Part shown: piece after piece, positions 7,145 to 10,746 of the stretch
How the letters are laid out: each line of letters starts with the position of its first letter
How positions within the stretch are numbered: the first letter of the stretch is position 1
Assembly: GCA_046570105.1 (NCBI GenBank)
Contig: JBKHVI010000074.1
Location: 1 to 10,746, forward strand
Reading direction: 5' to 3'
Source: Bacteriovoracia bacterium
Lineage (GTDB): Bacteria; Bdellovibrionota; Bacteriovoracia; Bacteriovoracales; Bacteriovoracaceae
Length of the DNA stretch: 10,746 bases
Made by a program: the position numbers and the translations under genes
Notes under the pieces: generated by a model
Database searches by the model: none
What the model was told of the DNA's origin: nothing
Seen by the model: the letters and a program-made list of their open reading frames with translations, nothing else

Positions 7145-7793
7145 CCTTCTGCCAGCTTTTGCGAGCTCTGGAGATTTACCTTCATGGATTATGAAAGGTC
7201 CGGTGTCGGACAATTCATTTCACTATGTTGTATGTTCTCATGATGGAATCGACCCTGAAGAGTCACGTCAAATTGCGGAATCGAAATGCCTAGTCAGCGC
7301 TGCAAAGCTTGGTGGTGTCAAGGTCAAGATCACCCAGAAGACTGTGCAGAGCTTGACGGGTTCGGACTCAAGCGAAGTTGCAGAGATTCAGCCACTTGAA
7401 GTTAATATTAAGTGTGAATGGACAGACCGATTTCTTGAAAAGATTAAGGATGGATTTCGTGTCTGGCTTCGCTGCAAGGTCGCAAAATCCTCCTTAACTA
7501 CTTCTATATTGAGCACTAAGAACAATGATCACGCTACCAACAAGATGGCAAATCGGGTGGAAGCGACTTTGCTTATCTCAACTGTGCCGAAAGCAGATCG
7601 GATTATTATTGTCGGTGAAGGTGGTGAAAGAGTAATCGAACCGATTTCGAACGTAGTCACCACAATGGTGTCAAGTTACGATTACAAGATCGAAGTTACC
7701 AAGCATGGATACAAGCGAGCCATTATCGAGATCCCCACTAACCTAAAACATGGTGAGAAGATTCAGAGAACTGCCGTTCTTGAAAAAGACTAG
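7110..7793 (+). CDS. Secreted protein with LPP20-like N-terminal part and PEGA-like C-terminus (~227 aa)
   Basis: Signal peptide MPVQKLILLLSSLLPAFA; LPSWI motif; C-terminal LLISTVPKA…YKIEVTKHGYK…AVLEK resembles PEGA. Overlaps the upstream gene by 35 nt. Confidence 0.72.
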   Translation: MPVQKLILLLSSLLPAFASSGDLPSWIMKGPVSDNSFHYVVCSHDGIDPEESRQIAESKCLVSAAKLGGVKVKITQKTVQSLTGSDSSEVAEIQPLEVNIKCEWTDRFLEKIKDGFRVWLRCKVAKSSLTTSILSTKNNDHATNKMANRVEATLLISTVPKADRIIIVGEGGERVIEPISNVVTTMVSSYDYKIEVTKHGYKRAIIEIPTNLKHGEKIQRTAVLEKD

Positions 7794-7821
7794 TTCAAAT
7801 TTCACTAGCGGTATCTCCATA

Positions 7822-9180
7822 CTATTTTTTAAGAAGCAGTTTTTCTAATGAATACTTCTCATGCACTTTAGCATAGTTAGTCAGCTCGACAATGGATTCG
7901 TGTGAAATTTCTTTAGACCTTGCAGACCAAGTTGTATCGGCGGCCCAGCTTTGTCCTTTATCGCGACCTACATAGTAAGCAACGTCGTCAAATTTATCTG
8001 CTAGGTATTCAAACAACAGTGGATGAATTTGATCCAATCTCAAATGTGAAATGAAATCGATTAATATAGATAATTTTTGATTATATCCCTCGAATGCTCC
8101 ATTGGGCTGACTCCGAAGTGATGTGATTTCGAAGCACTTAGCAAGAAACTGAATCATTAGTGTCGTCGATATCAGTTTTGCTCTTGAATAAGCATCAATC
8201 ATAGAAATTCTAAAGTCTTTATCGTCGACAAATTTAACAATATTTCCTTGCGCTGGATCCATTAGTGCCTCTGTTAATTTGCCTTTAATTTCAATCGATT
8301 TGATATCGGCCTCTTTCTGAATCCTTATTTTTTCGCCTATTTCATTGAGAAAATGCTCCAGGTCTGATGTTTCGATGATAAGTACATTGTTTTTATCTCT
8401 GTAAGGCTCAGATTTTGGATTGTCCGACCATTTTACTTGGACAAAATCAGAAGGAATCAATACATTGGTTTCATTGAAAACATTTTTTGCCCAATCCATC
8501 GCTGTTAAAACATTTTGGTCGCCGATTCCATATCCAAGAATTACCACAGTAGATTCTTTAAACTTCATTGGAAGGCTAACTTGCCGGTAGTCGTTGGGCC
8601 GATTAATAGCTATATAGTCCTCCTGTGTAATGACTATGGAATCTGGCTTCAATCTATGGCCATGTAAGTGATATATTGGAATTTGACCTTTTGGGACAGC
8701 AAAGGTATCTCTTGGTGAAAGTTGCACGCCTCTATCTGGTAACATACTTTCAATCACAAAATCATAATTCGTTGTTATTATCCACGATGGATCAATTTCA
8801 TTTAAATAGTCACCGATCTTTTTTCGAGTCTCAGGTTGTGGTAGCCAATTTACAATTCTCGCAATCGTACTTTTAAATTTTACCACTGACTCTCCATATG
8901 TGATTTTACTACTCTCTGAAATAAAGCCACATATTTTTGAGGCTTGGTCTGGGTAGCCATTTGACTCTCTTACGACTTCTTCAATATCCAAATTGAATTC
9001 CTCGCATATTTTTTCGAGAAGCTGTTGCCAACTGAGAGGTTTGTTTGCGCCACCTACAAATGCCTTCGAGAATCCCGCTCCAATAAATAGCCCTAGGGAT
9101 CCAATTGTGCTGGATTCCGCAAGAAACTTCATCGTATCTTCTCTTGTTGGTGTTGCGACCAATTTTGAAGATATGCTCAT
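7822..9180 (-). CDS. SIR2_2-family (sirtuin-like, putative NADase) protein with uncharacterised C-terminal domain (452 aa)
   Basis: LFIGAGFS, LSWQQLL, IITTNYD, IYHLHG, IVITQEDY and ILGYGIGDQNV are the ordered SIR2_2 motifs. RBS AAGGAG upstream of ATG 9180. Confidence 0.92.
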   Translation of the reverse strand: MSISSKLVATPTREDTMKFLAESSTIGSLGLFIGAGFSKAFVGGANKPLSWQQLLEKICEEFNLDIEEVVRESNGYPDQASKICGFISESSKITYGESVVKFKSTIARIVNWLPQPETRKKIGDYLNEIDPSWIITTNYDFVIESMLPDRGVQLSPRDTFAVPKGQIPIYHLHGHRLKPDSIVITQEDYIAINRPNDYRQVSLPMKFKESTVVILGYGIGDQNVLTAMDWAKNVFNETNVLIPSDFVQVKWSDNPKSEPYRDKNNVLIIETSDLEHFLNEIGEKIRIQKEADIKSIEIKGKLTEALMDPAQGNIVKFVDDKDFRISMIDAYSRAKLISTTLMIQFLAKCFEITSLRSQPNGAFEGYNQKLSILIDFISHLRLDQIHPLLFEYLADKFDDVAYYVGRDKGQSWAADTTWSARSKEISHESIVELTNYAKVHEKYSLEKLLLKK

Positions 9181-9197
9181 TATTGGTTACTCCTTAT

Positions 9198-9225
9198 ATT
9201 TAACAAAATGGACATTATGTAAACC
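9198..9225 (-). other. dif-like Xer recombination site (11-6-11)
   Basis: Minus strand reads GGTTTACATAA-TGTCCA-TTTTGTTAAAT, versus E. coli dif GGTGCGCATAA-TGTATA-TTATGTTAAAT: 22/28 identical, 10/11 in the XerD arm. It is intergenic. Confidence 0.72.
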
Positions 9226-9237
9226 ATGAGAAAAAAC

Positions 9238-9621
9238 TTAAGCGGCGTTTTTTACCTTCATCTCGATCAACTTTGCTTTGCTTTTTAATGGACGATAACA
9301 GTACCAGCCATCAACTCCAGCACTTCCAACCAATCTTAGGCTAAATTGAGTTTCTGTTTCTGTAACTCTAAAGATATCTTCTGGTAACCTTCTCGTAGTA
9401 ACTAGATTTAGAAAATGATCGACAGCAGTTCTCTTTGTATCAAGCTTTAGGTAGTATGCATTCCCACCAAACTTAAATTTGCAGAAAATTCCTGGATTAT
9501 TTTTATATATAGAACTGCCATCAAGTTGCTTGGCTGAGGGGTACTGAATTCTCCATTCACTCATTTTGATTATGAGTTCGTTGAAAGATATGGGAGTATG
9601 CTTTTTTCGTTTATTTTTCAT
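9238..9621 (-). CDS. Hypothetical small basic protein (~127 aa)
   Basis: RBS GAAAGGA before ATG 9621 (MKNKRKK…). Co-oriented with the SIR2 gene and 57 nt upstream of it. Confidence 0.72.
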   Translation of the reverse strand: MKNKRKKHTPISFNELIIKMSEWRIQYPSAKQLDGSSIYKNNPGIFCKFKFGGNAYYLKLDTKRTAVDHFLNLVTTRRLPEDIFRVTETETQFSLRLVGSAGVDGWYCYRPLKSKAKLIEMKVKNAA

Positions 9622-9770
9622 ATGATTCCTTTCAAATAAAAACACCGTGTTCCATCGGAACTTTGGGTGGAAAATTAAACGAGCTAATTGTATTGAATTT
9701 TGGAACACTTGACGTAAGTCCAGTGAAGATCCTATCTAAGATCACCGATAGATATTTACTGGAGCTAGTC

Positions 9771-10313
9771 ATGACAAATCGACTCAAAAAAGCGTCAACT
9801 AAAAATCATAACTTAGGTGAAGATCTTCGGTCTCCGTTTAATACTGACGAATGGCATAAGCTCTTCGATATTTTGGTGCAATACGAGCAAGATGGTGGTT
9901 CTGCTGACGACGAAGTCGGTCGCTTAATTCAAAAGTTTATCGAGAAACAATTTACTAGGCATTCGTTTCCCTGGAAAACTGAAGCTGATTTTGTAATAAA
10001 AAAAATGTTGGCAGTTGCTGGCTCATGGATTTTCGCAGGCAAACCGATACCAGCTAAGGATACATCAAATAAGAAAACGGCTGTAAATGTTAAAGGGCTG
10101 CTATCTAAGCAAGACTTTGACGACATTGTATCCGATGCTTTCACGAAGCTCATGGTTTCTGGAAACTATAATCTCACAGCAACTCAAGCTGAAAAATTCT
10201 CCTACATTTACCAAGTTACTTATTCTGCGACTATGGACCAACTCCGAAAACACAAAAAGTTTAACGCTCAACTGGTGCCAGATCCTGAGGTCCCACATAA
10301 GAAGACTGCATAA
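9771..10313 (+). CDS. Hypothetical protein with C-terminal ECF sigma region-2-like segment and no region 4 (~180 aa)
   Basis: RBS GGAG 6 nt before ATG 9771. DFDDIVSDAFTKLM…YNL…KFSYIYQVTYSATMDQLRKHKK follows the ECF sigma2 pattern DAEDLVQEAFLK…F…F.TWLY.IA.N…D.LRK.K. Confidence 0.65.
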   Translation: MTNRLKKASTKNHNLGEDLRSPFNTDEWHKLFDILVQYEQDGGSADDEVGRLIQKFIEKQFTRHSFPWKTEADFVIKKMLAVAGSWIFAGKPIPAKDTSNKKTAVNVKGLLSKQDFDDIVSDAFTKLMVSGNYNLTATQAEKFSYIYQVTYSATMDQLRKHKKFNAQLVPDPEVPHKKTA

Positions 10314-10323
10314 CTAAAGTTTG

Positions 10324-10382
10324 TGACTGTCATAGACGTCATAGAAGTCATAGAAGTCATGACAGCGGTGACAAGAATGACA
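10324..10382. repeat. Head-to-head 9-bp periodic GTCA/TGAC array (iteron- or operator-like)
   Basis: GTCAT at 10329, 10338, 10347 and 10356; TGACA at 10360, 10369 and 10378; central palindrome GTCATGAC at 10356-10363. Confidence 0.85.
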
Positions 10383-10415
10383 GCTCAGTTTCCATAATCA
10401 AAATAGTCCTATAAG

Positions 10416-10452
10416 TCCTTCAACCTTATTTCCTTCGCTTTCCTTCGACCTT
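10416..10452. repeat. Three TCCTTC direct repeats
   Basis: TCCTTCAACCTT (10416), TCCTTCGCTT (10431) and TCCTTCGACCTT (10441). Confidence 0.55.
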
Positions 10453-10517
10453 GATGATTAAACGTACAACTCCTCAAACAGTCCGCAATTAAGCGGCTGA
10501 TATAAAGGAGTATTGTT

Positions 10518-10746
10518 ATGAATAATGATCCAAAAACATCGACTACAGATGCGGAGTTCGTTTTTGCACACGAATTCACTCCGGTCGACATGGTGAGCTT
10601 TCTTTTAAAGCACGGCTACACTGCTGATCAAATTGAAGGACGTATTGTCGCTTCACCTGGCTTTGTAAAAGATTGCCTGTCTAGCACAAGCCCTGTTGGA
10701 GAAAATCTTGAGATGCCAATGGCTATGCTGAAGAACCTTTATCTCC
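10518..10746 (+). CDS. 5' part of a hypothetical protein with possible HTH (MNNDPKTSTTDAEFVFAHEFTPVDMVSFLLKHGYTADQIEGRIVASPGFVKDCLSS…), truncated by the window end
   Basis: Strong RBS AAAGGAG 7 nt before ATG 10518; open to the window edge; absent from the supplied ORF track. Confidence 0.75.
   Translation, partial: MNNDPKTSTTDAEFVFAHEFTPVDMVSFLLKHGYTADQIEGRIVASPGFVKDCLSSTSPVGENLEMPMAMLKNLYL

Larger units (their letters stand above)
140..10746. mobile_element. Putative integrative satellite-like or plasmid-like element (boundaries not visible)
   Basis: Tyrosine recombinase, VapE helicase, divergent XRE switch, defence cargo and a dif-like site. No housekeeping, capsid or conjugation genes lie in the window, and no att pair was identified. 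Confidence 0.6.

Noticed and set aside
7822..9180. Naming the gene thsA, dsr2 or cobB
   Set aside because: No recognisable SLOG domain or TIR partner for Thoeris, far shorter than DSR2, and the motifs are SIR2_2-type rather than CobB deacylase-type.
10324..10452. CRISPR array
   Set aside because: The units are 9-12 bp with no 25-45-nt repeat/spacer structure, and no cas genes are present.
504..10591. Other short shadow ORFs (504-782, 808-1053, 2270-2521, 4052-4267, 4119-4343, 4536-4802, 4712-4996, 4855-5058, 5423-5791, 5646-5828, 6016-6288, 6419-6613, 8676-8876, 8993-9229, 9929-10153, 10087-10317, 10101-10298, 10409-10591)
   Set aside because: They are antisense or out-of-frame overlaps of well-supported genes, with no motifs or start signals.

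Overview
This window looks like part of an integrative, phage-satellite-like or plasmid-like mobile element. The host is unknown; the protein styles loosely suggest a Bdellovibrionota/deltaproteobacterial-type organism, which is only an impression. The leftward arm (minus strand) carries two small hypothetical genes, a primase-less VapE/SF3 helicase with a C-terminal winged helix, a XerC/D-like tyrosine recombinase and, overlapping it, a stand-alone FliG C-terminal-domain-like gene. Divergent from this arm, across a long imperfect inverted repeat, an XRE-family HTH repressor heads a tightly coupled operon of five membrane, secreted or lipoprotein genes. A minus-strand SIR2_2-family (putative NADase defence) gene follows, with a 28-bp dif-like Xer site immediately upstream and a small basic gene beyond it. 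At the right end, a protein carrying only an ECF sigma region-2-like segment is followed by a head-to-head 9-bp-periodic GTCA/TGAC repeat array (related repeats flank the helicase gene) and a truncated ORF with a sigma region-4-like HTH. All family calls come from motif recognition by eye; no searches were run.
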